Shown: positions 24,586-37,885 of the stretch, piece after piece
Position numbering within the stretch: position 1 is the first letter of the stretch
Layout of the letters: every line of letters starts with the position of its first letter
The notes under the pieces: generated by a model
Seen by the model: only the letters and a program-made list of their open reading frames with translations
Told to the model about the DNA's origin: nothing
Databases searched by the model: none
Position numbers and translations under genes: made by a program
Assembly (NCBI GenBank): GCA_002269645.1
Contig: NIVC01004180.1
Location: 1 to 56,403 of the forward strand
Length of the DNA stretch: 56,403 nucleotides
Direction of reading: 5' to 3'
Source of the DNA: Macrostomum lignano
Taxonomy: Eukaryota

Positions 24586-25963
24586 TCTTAATACTAAAAG
24601 TGGTGCGATGTTTGTTTGTGTGTTGCAATTTTTCTCCTAAACTACTGGCAAGTCAGCGTTGAAACTTATATGGGAAAACTGCAAATTTTCCGGATTGGGT
24701 TTATAGCTATTTTAATCTTTCATTTTTACATTTTAAGATCCCTAAAAAAGCAGAAAACTGTTTTTTAACCCTCAATAACCTTCTTTGGCCACTCTGCCTG
24801 GGGCTGCAGCCAGTTTGTAAAAATAGCCACCCCAACCTCCGCCCGCGGGTCGCTGTGTATTGAGGGGTGGTGGGTGCGCGTGTTCCGCGTTCAATGCAAA
24901 TAACCCCCCCCCGCGTGTTGGGGGATTCAATTAAATTTAACGATTCCCCCGGAATGGGAGGGGGTTGGGCTTGGGCTGAGTGTACATAGCAGTTGTACAG
25001 TGTAAGGAGATAGCTAGGACTGTGTCGAGATTTAATTGGTTTTATTATCGGCGGTATTCAATAGGCAGCCATGTGTATTTGCTGGGCAGTAAAATTTAAT
25101 GAATAAACTTGCGAGCCTCTTTAGCAGGCTGTGAATGTACACTCGATACTTTAATGCTTTAAATCAGGAAATTTCAAGCGCTAACTGTTCCTCGAGTTTT
25201 AAACTTTCAGAGGAGAGACTTATATTACTGGAAAGATCTTGCAATACTGAGTTCGGGGATATAAGTTGTTTGCTTTAAATGTGAAAACAAAAAGCACAGC
25301 ATTTAAAAAACGATTTCCATACTTTTAACTTTCGGCAGTGTACTCATTTTGGAGTTCAATGGGGGTTCGACCAACCCCCCAACAGTTGGTGAGAGGGGGG
25401 GGGTTCAACTTTTAATTGCCACTGCGTATTGGAAGGGGGTCAGTCGCTGTGTATTGGAGGGTTGATTTAGTTTGCGCAATCTTTTTGTTAACTTTTACCG
25501 AGACTGATACTGACTGACTGTGAAATCGGTTGCGCATTCAATTAATTCAATTGGTTCAACACGCTGCTGCGTTGTAGCTCTAACCCTAACCCTAACCCTA
25601 ACCCTAACCACTAAATCCTGAGAGTTGATTCTTTTTTACGGAGAAAATTTCGATTCAGTCCAGTTTAATGGAGAGAATTTCTGTTTCGCGGAGACGATTT
25701 TGATGGATGTCAGTTTCACGGAGAGGATTTCCATGGAGTCCAGTTTCACGGAGAGGATTTCTATTTCTCGGATGGGATTTTTATGAATGTCAGTTTCACG
25801 GAGAGGTGTTTGATGGAGTTCTCTTTTACGGAGAAGATTTCGATGATATTCAGTTTCGCGGAGAGGAGTTGGATGATGGGATTCAGGGAATGGCATTTCA
25901 GGGAATGGAGTATCGGTGATGGGAATTCTTCCCCTTTCTCCTCCAGAGGAGGAGTTGGCCTCG
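24586..25963 (+). mobile_element. Related non-autonomous Helitron with a CTCG 3' end
   Basis: 5' TCTTAATACTAAAAG; blocks homologous to 22369-24585; hairpin CTCCTCC-AGA-GGAGGAG then CTCG|T. Confidence 0.8.
25579..25608. repeat. Interstitial telomeric (CCCTAA)n
   Basis: Also at 23288-23313; (TTAGGG)n at 28018-28029 and 38167-38198. Confidence 0.9.
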
Positions 25964-28124
25964 TAATATATCTAAAGTAGCAACCCCCCCTCCACCGGCC
26001 CTGTCTGTCTGTGGGTATGTAACAGGTTATCTCCCAAAAGGCTCAACCGATTTTCTCCGTTTCTTCGCCAAAAGATGTCAAATGTGCCCGGGACGGTACA
26101 TGTAATTTTATTAAGCTCTAGCTCAATGCTAAGGGGATTAAATATTCGAAAAACTGTTTTAAATGGCCTTTTTAGTGTATTTTTTTATCAGCCTGCGCGC
26201 AGCGAGAAACTTCACAGCCAATTTTAATGATTGCGCCAGAGCCAACTGATAAGAAAATTCACTTTGCCCCACTGCCCAGATAATTACTCTATTTAACTTG
26301 CGTAACCAATTAAGGGGGGGTATAATAAAAATTCTGGATGCTTCCAATATACTAAAAATCAAAACTATGTACCTATAGGAACCTTCGTTTAACTTGTCTG
26401 TGGGTATGTAACAGGTAATCTCGATAATGGCTAGATGAATTTTTTTCGGGTTTGAACCATCTGAAAGAAGAACATCTCAGGATCATTCGTGAGTTTGAAA
26501 ATTGGAGAAATTCGATCGGGAAGTGGGTTAGTTTTTTGTTCAAAGACTGTACCCCCTGAGTTTAGCCATTTTCTGAACATTTTGGACACTTCTAGGCAAT
26601 CTGCTGAATGCCTAGGTTAATATTTTGCTGCACATTTTATATCACTGGAAAGCTTGTCAGAAAAGGAATTCAATGGTACAAGTTTTAAAATTAGAACTTT
26701 TTGAATAAAATAATTATTGAAGTGTTAAGGCATTTTTTTGCGCAAAAATTAATTTACTTTGCACATTGGCCGTGTGTACCTACTGTACAATTCACTCGCT
26801 GTTAGGCGAGTGATTGCATAACACATGCAGCGGCGCCGCCGATAGGGTGGGGTCTGAGAGAAGGGGTAGAGAGAAAGGGGACGAGTGTACTTAGTTTTTG
26901 CATCTCCGCATGCACATTGACCAACCGCCAGAGCTGTTGACAACTGCAGTTAGTGAGAAGGCAGGGCTTCACTCTCTTTGCCCAGAGCTTTGGCTGGACA
27001 CTTCATATGGCCGAACTGCAAGTTCTCACTCAATTTTCAAATTGTCTCTGCACTATTCTTTGTGATTCTTTGAAGTCTTGGAGCTAATAAGTTGAATGAT
27101 AATAATCTATATACTAAAGCTGACGTCGTGGTCCGGTGGTAGGGTGGGCCGGTGGGCCGGGTTTGTCGACGATCTCCTCCTAGGATTCTTGCAACTCAAC
27201 TTTCAAACCGGTACCAAAACATGTCAAATGTCCCGACGATGCTACAATTTAAAATTCATTTTCAAATTTCAATTTTAAGTGCTTCAAAAAAGCAGAAAAC
27301 AGCACAAACCAGACAGCCAGATGTCTATATATCGCATTCCATGGACTTCCCATCCCACTTGACGCTATTTTGTATGGTTGCGCCACAACTTTTCTCCTAT
27401 CTCTGCAGTGTATTTCATTTCAGCTGGGGAGGGTCGCCGGCACTTGAGAATTGGCGGCCTACTTGCTCAGTGTTAAAAAGGGGTGGAGGTGCACACTGCG
27501 CGAGAATGGATGGCTTGATTTTTTAACTCATCACAGAGTGTACATTGCGCTCTGCAAGTAAGAAACGGGAAAACTTGCACCTTAATTTCTGCTTTTAATT
27601 TTCAAGCTACAGAAAAGTGAATCACACCGTTGGAAAGAGTTTGAAAAACTGAACAGAATGGTATAATTTTCTGTTCCGAAATCTCAACTGCATCAGAGCA
27701 ATTTGTCATAGAAAATTTCTTGATTTCAATTGTGAAAACGTTAAGTGGCTGGGGAGGGGTTTCATTAATTTCAATTCTGACTGTGCAATGCACAAGCCTA
27801 GACTCTCCCTGTGCATTTGGGGAGGTGCATGGGCTATAGACTGTACTGTAGATCTTTACTGTACGCTCGCAAGTAACAAGGCCGGCATAAATGAATAAAT
27901 TCGGCTAAATGCAGTGTACATTTGTGAGAACCGGGCTGCGACAGTGATGGCGCAATGCATATGCATCAACGGGGGCAGGCGATCGTTTCAGTAGCTCAAT
28001 TTCGCTGGCCCAAGAGCTAGGGTTAGGGTTACGATATGGAGTTCTGCAGATTCAACATTCCAACCATGGGATTCCGGGGATTTCAATTCAGCGGATTTCT
28101 CCTCCAACGGAGGAGTTCCACTCG
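25964..28124 (+). mobile_element. Cluster of three Helitron 5' segments (starts at 25964, 26343, 27106), the last ending in hairpin + CTCG at 28124
   Basis: ATAT(A/C)TAAA-type starts; shared box at ~26135; CTCCTCC-AAC-GGAGGAG hairpin. Confidence 0.7.
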
Positions 28125-28141
28125 TATATACTAAAATTCTA

Positions 28142-28606
28142 TTGAATACTGAAATGGATCCTCCTGGACTGCCGCAACATCTGCTTCGACTCAAGGTGGG
28201 TATGCCGGTGATGCTGCTGCGGAATCTGCACCCGCCTCGCCTGTGCAACGGCAGCCGACTGATCGTGACCAAACTGGAGCCCAATGTACTGGTCGCGAGG
28301 ATTGCAACTGGAGCGTACAAAGGTGAACAGGTGTTTTTGCCACGCATTCCATTGGAGCCAAGTACGGCTGACTTACCGATTGTATTTCGACGGCTCCAGT
28401 TTCCTGTTCGTCCTTGTTTTGCTATCACGGTCCACAAGAGCCAAGGCCAGACTCTGGACTTTTTTGGTGTACATTTGATTCTCTCTTGCTTTCAGCATGG
28501 ACAATTGTATGTTGCCTTGAGCAGAGCCCGTGATCCCAAAAACATTCGCGTATTGGCTCCTGACAACAAGACTCGGAATGTCGTTCTGAAGCCTGTTCTC
28601 TCATAG
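28142..28606 (+). pseudogene. C-terminal PIF1-type helicase fragment from a second Helitron family
   Basis: LRLKVGMPVMLLRNL..LCNGSR..RLQFPV..TVHKSQGQT..HGQLYVALSR. Clearly diverged from the copy at 55035-55497. Confidence 0.92.
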
Positions 28607-29933
28607 GAATTTCTTGTCGTGCTATACATTAGTTTACATTGATGCGACAAAGACATTATCGATTTTGCATTTCCTGGCATACTAACGGCTTGTATTTTTT
28701 AGGAACGCTGTTAAAAAAATTGTTTGCCTCCTTACTGCAATACTGCACTGTTATCCATACACTTATCTGTTCATCGTGTGCAATTTTATTAACTTCTGCA
28801 AAGTTTCGTTCACCATCTGAATGAATGCCTTGATCAACGCATAATGAAAGCCATGCAGGAAAAACATTGCATTATACAGCGTAGCTTATTTTTGCACTAG
28901 CGAAATTGATACATACACATGTAAAAATTTGCTTCATGTAAAAAATGTAATCACCAAATTTCTAACAAAGCTAAATATATACGCTTTTCTGGTATTTGTC
29001 GTAAAATAGTATATATATAATACTAGCGGTACCCCCACCCTTCGGGTGTTCCCATCCATCTAAATTCCATCAGGCCAAATTCACACACATTGCAACTCCT
29101 TGCCATGGACGTTGAAATCAGCAAAAAAAATTTCATTTTGCTGATGTCAATTAAATCAAGACCTACGTTGTTCAACTTTCTAGAAAGATTTATTATCTCT
29201 ATCGTTATTGTACCCAATTTTCCTATTGGTTACAATGCAGGGGATTCATCCATCCCCTCTCCTACTCATCCATCCCCTCTCCCATCCATCCATCCATCCT
29301 CCTCCCACTCTCACCCATCCCATCTCCCTCTCTATCTCACATTTATCCCACTGTCATATGGATAATGTAAGTTTACCAAATGGTCACTTCATTGGCGCTT
29401 TCCATATATTTTTTTCATTTTGCCATCCGTCCATGCATCGAAATTGGCATGTAAAACTGCGCACAGTTAAATTCTGTGGGAAAATTCGTCAATGGGATGT
29501 TATATCCGTTCGCATATACTATTCCATGCACACAGAGTCATTTCATACAAATATGTCAGGAAAGAATAACAAAAACGAGAAGTATTACTTAACGCAGCAA
29601 TTAAACAGCATAGCAGGCTATCCTCGCCTCGATAAAGAAGCACAACAGATCTGAGTCCGTATCCTAATACCGTAGGTGAATTTGTTTTTTTTGTCACTGT
29701 CATTGTCGTAAAAAAATAGTAGTGGTGTAATAAGTGATCCGCTGCAAGATGTATCATTGCGTGTATAACAAACTATACTATAGTATGTATTAATTAACTA
29801 CAATTTTGGGAAACTTACTATGCCATCAGTCAATAAAGTAGCTTCCTCGGGATGGGATCTACCATGCACGAGACTCATACAAGTGGTTCAGTAGCATTTT
29901 TTGCATTCTGTTTTACGCAGTGTGGCAACACCT

Positions 29934-30485
29934 CTAACTGTCCATTGAAGACCTTCCCGCAGAGCCGGACTCGTCCAGAGACATCACGGAGGTTTGGCTT
30001 GCATTCGCGATCTGTTCTTGCACCTCTGTTCCGTCCAGTGGCTCGGCTGTTGACGTCTCAGTTGATGCAGCCGGGTCCGCATCCTCGCTATGTCGGGCTC
30101 GCTTGCGGGGAGAGGACTCATCCTCAGGGCAGCTCTCTTCAAGCTGCCGTCCAAGCACGGACTCCAGGTGGTCGCGTTCGTCACGCACGGTTGCCAGCTC
30201 CTTCCGCACAGTCGCAAGCTCGTCTCGCTCAGCTTGTACGATGGTGAGCTCGTCCCGCAGTTCAGAAACCGTTCTTCGTAGCTGCGCGATTTCGCATTGC
30301 TGCTGTGCAACCAGCTCAGCCAGGGCAGATTTCCTGTCGGATTCTTGTTGGGCTATCGTCTCCTGATGACGGACGATGTTCGAAGCCTTCTCCATGAAGG
30401 TCTTCATGTGTTGTTCCATTCCTCGTCGTTGCTTCTCAAACATCTCGGGGTAGCTATCCGGCCTATTTGTCGGTTGCTGAGACAT
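29934..30485 (-). CDS. 183-aa coiled-coil protein with NLS-like PRKRAR and an acidic/Ser tail; function unknown
   Basis: GC-rich uninterrupted ORF with heptad-like repeats ELATVRKELATVRDE. Confidence 0.55.
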   Translation of the reverse strand: MSQQPTNRPDSYPEMFEKQRRGMEQHMKTFMEKASNIVRHQETIAQQESDRKSALAELVAQQQCEIAQLRRTVSELRDELTIVQAERDELATVRKELATVRDERDHLESVLGRQLEESCPEDESSPRKRARHSEDADPAASTETSTAEPLDGTEVQEQIANASQTSVMSLDESGSAGRSSMDS

Positions 30486-30729
30486 TGGGATTGTCTTAGT
30501 CCAAATTATACGTGAAAAAATTCAAAATTAGGCGAATGACAGAGACAGTCACATTCCTGAATCCTGTGATCGTTGAGGCAGTAGCCTGACGCAATTCTTG
30601 CAAGGGTGAGTGAATTTTGTGCGGCGTCGCTGTTGAGTGCTGACGCAATACAATCACTGTATAGTAGTCTACTACCCCGCACAACGTAGTGGGAGAGAAG
30701 AACAGACAGTGTGAGTGACTGTCATAAAA

Positions 30730-30730
<1 letters not shown>

Positions 30731-30771
<41 letters not shown>

Positions 30772-30994
30772 ATAATTGAATAGTCTCTTACCACTGTGTG
30801 CACTGCGAGCCGCCGACCTGCACCGTCGCAGCCGCAGCCGCAACCGCAACCGCAGCCGTAGTCGCAGCCACGGCAGTAGCGGTGGTTCCGTTCAGACGGA
30901 TAACTACTTCGATTGTTAATGGAAAGAGAGAGACGGAGAGAGACACGGACAGAGAGAGACGGATAGAGAGAGAGAGTGAAAGAGAGAGAGAGAG

Positions 30995-31036
<42 letters not shown>

Positions 31037-31065
31037 GGAGAGAGAGAGAATGAGAGAGAATGGGA
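30731..31065. repeat. (TG)n, GCC/GCA-rich and (AG)n microsatellites upstream of the coiled-coil ORF
   Basis: Directly visible. Confidence 0.9.
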
Positions 31066-32344
31066 GAATGAGAATTGAAAAATACACAAATGAGAGAATT
31101 GGAAAAATATTTTATTTCGTTCTTATTTCTTCACGCATTTTCAGCTGCGTGCTGAAATTCTAAGAGAGAAGACGCACAGAAGGACAACCGAGACAAGAAG
31201 TCGTGGAGAAAAGAGGGAGAGAAGATAATAGAGGCACTGAGAGTTGTTTTTTCCTGTTACACCTGCAATTACGGGCAACTGACGCGATGGCCAATGAAAA
31301 TTGCATTGATAAGGGAGAGACGGGATGGCTGAGAGGGGGGATAAGAGGGAGAGGGGATGAATGAAACGGTGGGATAAAGAGGGAGATGGGATGGGTGAGA
31401 GTGGGAGGAGGATGGATGGATGGATGGGAGAGGGGATGGATGAGTAGGAGAGGGGATGGATGAATCCCCTGCATTGTAACCAATAGGAAAATTGGGTACA
31501 ATAACGATAGAGATAATAAATCTTTCTAGAAAGTTGAACAACGTAGGTCTTGATTTAATTGACATCAGCAAAATGAAATTTTTTTTGCTGATTTCAACGT
31601 CCATGGCAAGGAGTTGCAATGTGTGTGAATTTGGCCTGATGGAATTTAGATGGATGGGAACACCCGAAGGGTGGGGGTACCGCTAGTCTAAATATACTAA
31701 ATCTCTAAGGTTTGTATGCTTGTCTAAATATACTAAATCTCTAAGGTTTGTATGCTTGTCTAAATATACTAAATCTCTATCTATTCTATCTAAATATACT
31801 AAATCTCTAATATTTGTATGCTTGTCTAATATACTAAAAGTCCTACCTTTGTTTGTTTGTCTGTCTGTTTGTGAATGACGCATTTAATACTGAATGCCTC
31901 AACCAAATTTGATCGCGTTTTTTTCTAAACCTGCAAATTTTTTCAAGGATTGTACCTAAAAATTTTCAAATATTTGCTTCCGTGCTAAGTGGATTAAATA
32001 TTCGAAAAACGAGTTTTCCTTATGCTTTTAATGGGAGGCTAGAAAAGGTCAAAATCTCGACTGACTGAATTGAAACTCCAATTGAGATTGCGCCATAACT
32101 TTTTTCTCCAAGTTTCAATACTGGCTACAGTGTGCAAAGGAAGAGAAAAAATTCTCAGTGGCTGTGTGTACGTGTACATTCCTCTGACCCTAGCTGAATG
32201 GCGGACTGCATAGACAATTGCTATTTATAGATTTCACTCAACTGTGCATTGGCTCTGCCTGCGCACTGAGCAGCCCATCACTGCTATGTATTTGACTGCA
32301 GTGTCGAAGCTTATATGGCTGATTTTCTCGCCTTTCCATCAATA

Positions 32345-32413
32345 GGCGGAGTAGCCGCATGTAGGCACTAGGTTTAGGCTAGGCGTAAGGTCCCAGGTTC
32401 GAATCCACCTCGC
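32345..32413 (+). ncRNA. tRNA-derived Pol III cassette
   Basis: TAGCCGCATGT..GGTTCGAATCC. Confidence 0.65.
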
Positions 32414-33007
32414 TGCGAACAATTAAATTTGAATTAATTTATATTTATTTGTAACTTATGCATGGACTAATTAGAACATCTTTCGATTAATATTGATATT
32501 GATTAATAGCGATTGAATTTTTTTATTAAGTAAAGCAATTAATTATTTTTGCTAATTGGCACAAGCCACTAAGCAAATTTGATATGTAAAACTGCTTCAA
32601 GTCTGGCTGATCTCATCAATGGGTGTTGCCTAGCTCCATTTAAAGTATGAAATTGCTAAAATGCAGACAATGCTGCTAAACTGCTGAAGGCATAGGCACA
32701 ACTAAATCCTGAGTTGTGCAAAAGTCCGCCGATATGTATCGAACACTGATTAATGAGTCGTACTAAATGCTGAGAAATGTTTTAAATTGTTGAAAGGATC
32801 ATTGCAAGTTTGCTGAGACTGAGGAGCCAGCCGAGAGAACTGCAAAATGCTTGGGGATGAATGAGAATTCTTGAGGGAATAGTATAGGCTTCTCTTCGAA
32901 AATAGCCGCGTTGTAGAGGCAAAGCAGATGGTCGGCAATTGGAGTCTGCATTGAAGCTGAAAAGTATCCCTATAACTTTGAAATTTTGAAATTTTCATTG
33001 AATGATA

Positions 33008-34514
33008 TAGCTTTTTGCAGCCCATTCGGGCTTACGTGCATTTAATTTAATCCAAATTGATTTGCTTAAGTAAATGAGCTTATTGTCTATGGTAGAAAGG
33101 CTGCCACAGCGGCACTTAATTTAGTCCAACAAGCATCAATTTGGTCCATAGCTTCATTTGCAACTGTTGCGGAGGAGCAAGATCAGCTCCATAATTGTGA
33201 ACCATGCTAGGTCGTCGAACGAATGCCACTGGCTTGTGGTCAAAGCAATCAACAGAGGTGAATACCCAAAGGACATTGCAAGGTTGCTGAATATATTGTA
33301 GAAGAAAGATGGTTTACAGCATCCATCAGCGTGTTGAAACCACTTCTGGCATAGGTCGCCTGTGAAAGGTGGCAATCGCCAAGGCAAGTTGCTAGAGACT
33401 CAGGTCCAACTGCTACTTAATGCAATTGAGACGAACCCTTTGTTGACGGAGCAGAAAATGCAGCAGAAGTTAAAGAAACAGTTCCAGTTGGTTATCAGAT
33501 TTGGACTATCAGCAGAGCTCTGGAAAAGCGACTGAAAATTGCTGGTACAGACGCTGACATTCCAGCGGTGCGCAACAAACCTTAGGCGGTTGCGAGAAGG
33601 CAAGAGTTTGCCATTGGCTCACAAGCTAATTAGAGCTGGCTGCCAGCAGCCAGAATAATTTTTTTATTGCCCCCCTTTAAGTGGAGCGGAGTGAGTTTTC
33701 TTATCAGTTGGCTCTGGCGCAATCAATTAAAATTGGCAGTGAAGTTTCTGGCTGATAAAATTTGCATTGAAAAAGGCCATTTAAAACAGTTTTTCGAATA
33801 TTTAATCCCTTTAGCATTGAAGCAGATTAAAGAAATTTTAACCGTCTTCTTTCCAGACAATTTTGAATCTTTTGGCGAAAACGCGATCAAAATCGGTGAA
33901 GAATTGCAGTCTCTAGAGCGTTATGGACATTCATTCATTCAAGCATACAAACCTTAGAGATTTAGTATATTTAGATTAGATAGAAGATTTAGATCTAGAG
34001 GTGAATACCCAAAGGACATTGCAAGGTTGCTGAATATATTGTAGAAGAAAGATGGTTTACAGCATCCATCAGCGTGTTGAAACCACTTCTGGCATAGGTC
34101 GCCTGTGAAAGGTGGCAATCGCCAAGGCAAGTTGCTAGAGACTCAGGTCCAACTGCTACTTAATGCAATTGAGACGAACCCTTTGTTGACGGAGCAGAAA
34201 ATGCAGCAGAAGTTAAAGAAACAGTTCCAGTTGGTTATCAGATTTGGACTATCAGCAGAGCTCTGGAAAAGCGACTGAAAATTGCTGGTACAGACGCTGA
34301 CATTCCAGCGGTGCGCAACAAACCTTAGGCGGTTGCGAGAAGGCAAGAGTTTGCCATTGGCTCACAAGCATTTGGACCAAATTGATGCTTGTTGGACTAA
34401 ATTAAGTGCCGCTGTGGCAGCCTTTCTACCATAGACAATAAGCTCTGTTACATTGGCAAATGTATCTTGGATTAAATTAAATGCGCGTAAGCCCAAATAA
34501 GCTGCAAAAAGCTA
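33008..34514 (+). mobile_element. Internally deleted IS630/Tc1/mariner-type DNA transposon with ~140-bp TIRs and a TA target duplication
   Basis: TA|TAGCTTTTTGCAGC...GCTGCAAAAAGCTA|TA. A paralogous empty site lies at ~35135. Decayed HTH-like coding sequence LVVKAINRGEYPKDIARLLNI..GGNRQGKLLETQVQLLLNAIETNPLLT. Confidence 0.8.
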
Positions 34515-35279
34515 TATTATTCTGGGACTGCATTAATCTTTTAGATCAGTGCCAATCTATTGTGAGTATGTGCTAATTTGCAGAGAGCATTACTAATCTG
34601 GAAGAGTGGTGCTAATCTTGGCAAAGTGTTGCTAATCTGGAGGAAGTAGTGCTAATCTGGGGGAAGTAGTGCTAATCTAAGGAAGTGGTGCTACTTTTGG
34701 GGGAATGGTGCTAATCCGGGGAGTGGTGCTAATCTGGGGAAATAGTGCTAATATATAATTTTCTAATATACTAAAAGTCCTACCTTTGTTTGTCTGTTTG
34801 TGAATGACGCATTTAATACTGAATGCCTCAATCAAATTTGATCGCGTTTTTTTTAAACTTGCAAAATTCTTCACCTTAAAATTTTAGTGACCTTGGATTT
34901 TACCTTAAAAATTCAAATATTTGCTTGGAGAACTGCAGAATGCTGGGGGGATGAATGAGAATTCTCAAGGGAGCAGTAAAGGCTTCTCTTCGAAAATAGC
35001 CGCGTTGTAGAGGCAAAGCAGATGTTGGGCAATTCGAGTCTGCATTGAAGTAGAAAATTTATCCCCAAAACTTGTGACAACATTGATGTCACCTCCAATG
35101 CAGATTGACGCAGATTTTACGAAATGTTCATTTAATTATATTATTCTGGGACTGCATTAATCTTCTACAGCAGTGCAAGTCTATTGTATGCGCTAATTTT
35201 CAGAGACCATTACTGACAAAGTCTTGTAAAGTGTTGCTAATCTGAGTGGAGTGCTAATTTAGGGGTAGGGGTGCTAATC

Positions 35280-35550
35280 TAGGGGGAAGTAGTGCTAATC
35301 TGAGGAGCATTGCTAATCTGAGGAGCAGTGCTAATCTGGGGGGAAGTAGTGCTAATCTGAGGAGCGTTGCTAATCTGGGGGGAAGTAGTGCTAATCTGAG
35401 GAGCATTGCTAATCTGAGGAGCAGTGCTAATCTGGGGGGAAGTAGTGCTAATCTGAGGAGCGTTGCTAATCTGGGGGAAGTAGTGCTAATCTGAGGAGTA
35501 GTGCTAATCTGGGGGGAAGTAGTGCTAATCTGAGCAGCGTTGCTAATCTT
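35280..35550 (+). repeat. 18-21-bp minisatellite (CTAATCTGAGGAGCAGTG / CTAATCTGGGGGGAAGTAGTG)
   Basis: Also at 34580-34750. Confidence 0.9.
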
Positions 35551-35662
35551 GGAAAAGTGTTGTTAAGGTTAGTGGTGCTGAGTTTGTGCTTCAAAAGATA
35601 AGCACCTTGTGCTAATTAAAAAAGGGTTTTGGGCTGATGGAAACTTTTGGCCGATAAGTTGT

Positions 35663-36690
35663 AATGTAAACATGTAAACAATCATAGAAGCGTCATGTAA
35701 ACAATTATAGAAGCGTCATGTAAACAATCATAGAAGCGTCATGTAAACAATCATAGAAGCGTCATGTAAAAATCATTGAAGCGTCGTGTAAAAATCATAG
35801 AAGCGTCATGTAAACAATCATAGAAGCGTCATGTAAACAAGCATAGAAGCGTCATGTAAAAAATCATAAAAGCGTCATGTAAACAAGCATAGAAGCGTAA
35901 TGTAAAAAATCATAGAAGCGTCATGCAAGCAATCATAGAAGCGTCATGTAAAAAATCATAGAAGCGTCATGTTAAAATCATAAAAGCGTCATGTAAACAA
36001 TCATAGAAGCGTCATGTAAACAATTATAGAAGCGTCATGTAAACAAGCATAGAAGCGTCATGTAAACAATTATAGAAGCGTCATGTAAACAATCATAGAA
36101 GCGTCATGTAAACAATCATAGAAGCGTCATGAAAACAATCATAGAAGCGTCATGTAAACAATCATAGAAGCGTCATGTAAACAATCATAGAAGCGTCATG
36201 TAAACAATCATAGAAGCGTCATGTAAACAATCATAGAAGCGTCATGTAAAAATCATTGAAGCGTCGTGTAAAAATCATAGAAGCGTCATGTAAACAATCA
36301 TAGAAGCGTCATGTAAACAAGCATAGAAGCGTCATGTAAAAAATCATAAAAGCGTCATGTAAACAAGCATAGAAGCGTCATGTAAACAATTATAGAAGCG
36401 TCATGTAAACAATCATAGAAGCGTCATGTAAACAATCATAGAAGCGTCATGAAAACAATCATAGAAGCGTCATGTAAACAATCATAGAAGCGTCATGTAA
36501 ACAATCATAGAAGCGTCATGTAAACAATCATAGAAGCATCATGAAAAAATCATAGAAGCCTCATAAAAACTAATGAAAGTGTCATTTAAAAAATTAAGAA
36601 GCATCATGGAAGAATAAAAGAAGCGTAATGTAAAAATCAAAAGAAACGTCATGTCAGACATGAAAGGTGTCATGTAAAAATTAAATGAAG
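35663..36690 (+). repeat. 23-bp satellite (ATGTAAACAATCATAGAAGCGTC)n
   Basis: Directly visible, ~40 units, degenerating at the 3' side. Confidence 0.97.
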
Positions 36691-37197
36691 CTGTAGTGCT
36701 GTGCTGGGGAGAATTACTGAGACGTCAAGGCTCACAATAACTGAGATTACAGGGGGGTTTCTGAGATGTCAAAGCAAAAGTCAGAAGCTACTTCAAAGTA
36801 CATGTACTTTACTTAATTTTTTATTGTATTCTTTGTTGGCTCGCCACGGTGGGGGGCGCTGATAGAAGAAGAGTCATGTAAAAAATAAAAGTAGCACTAT
36901 GTATACATAAAAGAAAAGTCATGTCGGAGTTAAAAGATTCATCTGGGAATTGCTACGATGTCAAAGCTTGGTGGAAATCGTTATAGTGCTGTGATTCTTA
37001 AAGAAGGAATCACTAAAATGTCAAGGCTTAGGGGAGAAGAATTGCTGAGATTTCAAGGCTTTAGGTTGGGTTAAAGTTAGGTTTAGGTCAGGTGTGGGTT
37101 GAGGGTTATATTTTATCGGGTTTCAAGGTTAACAGGGGATTTTTTAAATTTCAAGGTTTATGGGGGGCATCGCTAACATGTCAAGGCTTACGAGGGG

Positions 37198-37885
<688 letters not shown>

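Larger units (their letters stand above)
29023..31686. mobile_element. Cassette bounded by ~315-bp inverted repeats (29023-29337 / 31372-31686), each ending in a Helitron 3' hairpin + CTAG
   Basis: Mirror ORFs in the track (29023-29217 vs 31492-31686); CACCC-GAA-GGGTG hairpin at each outer end. Confidence 0.9.
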
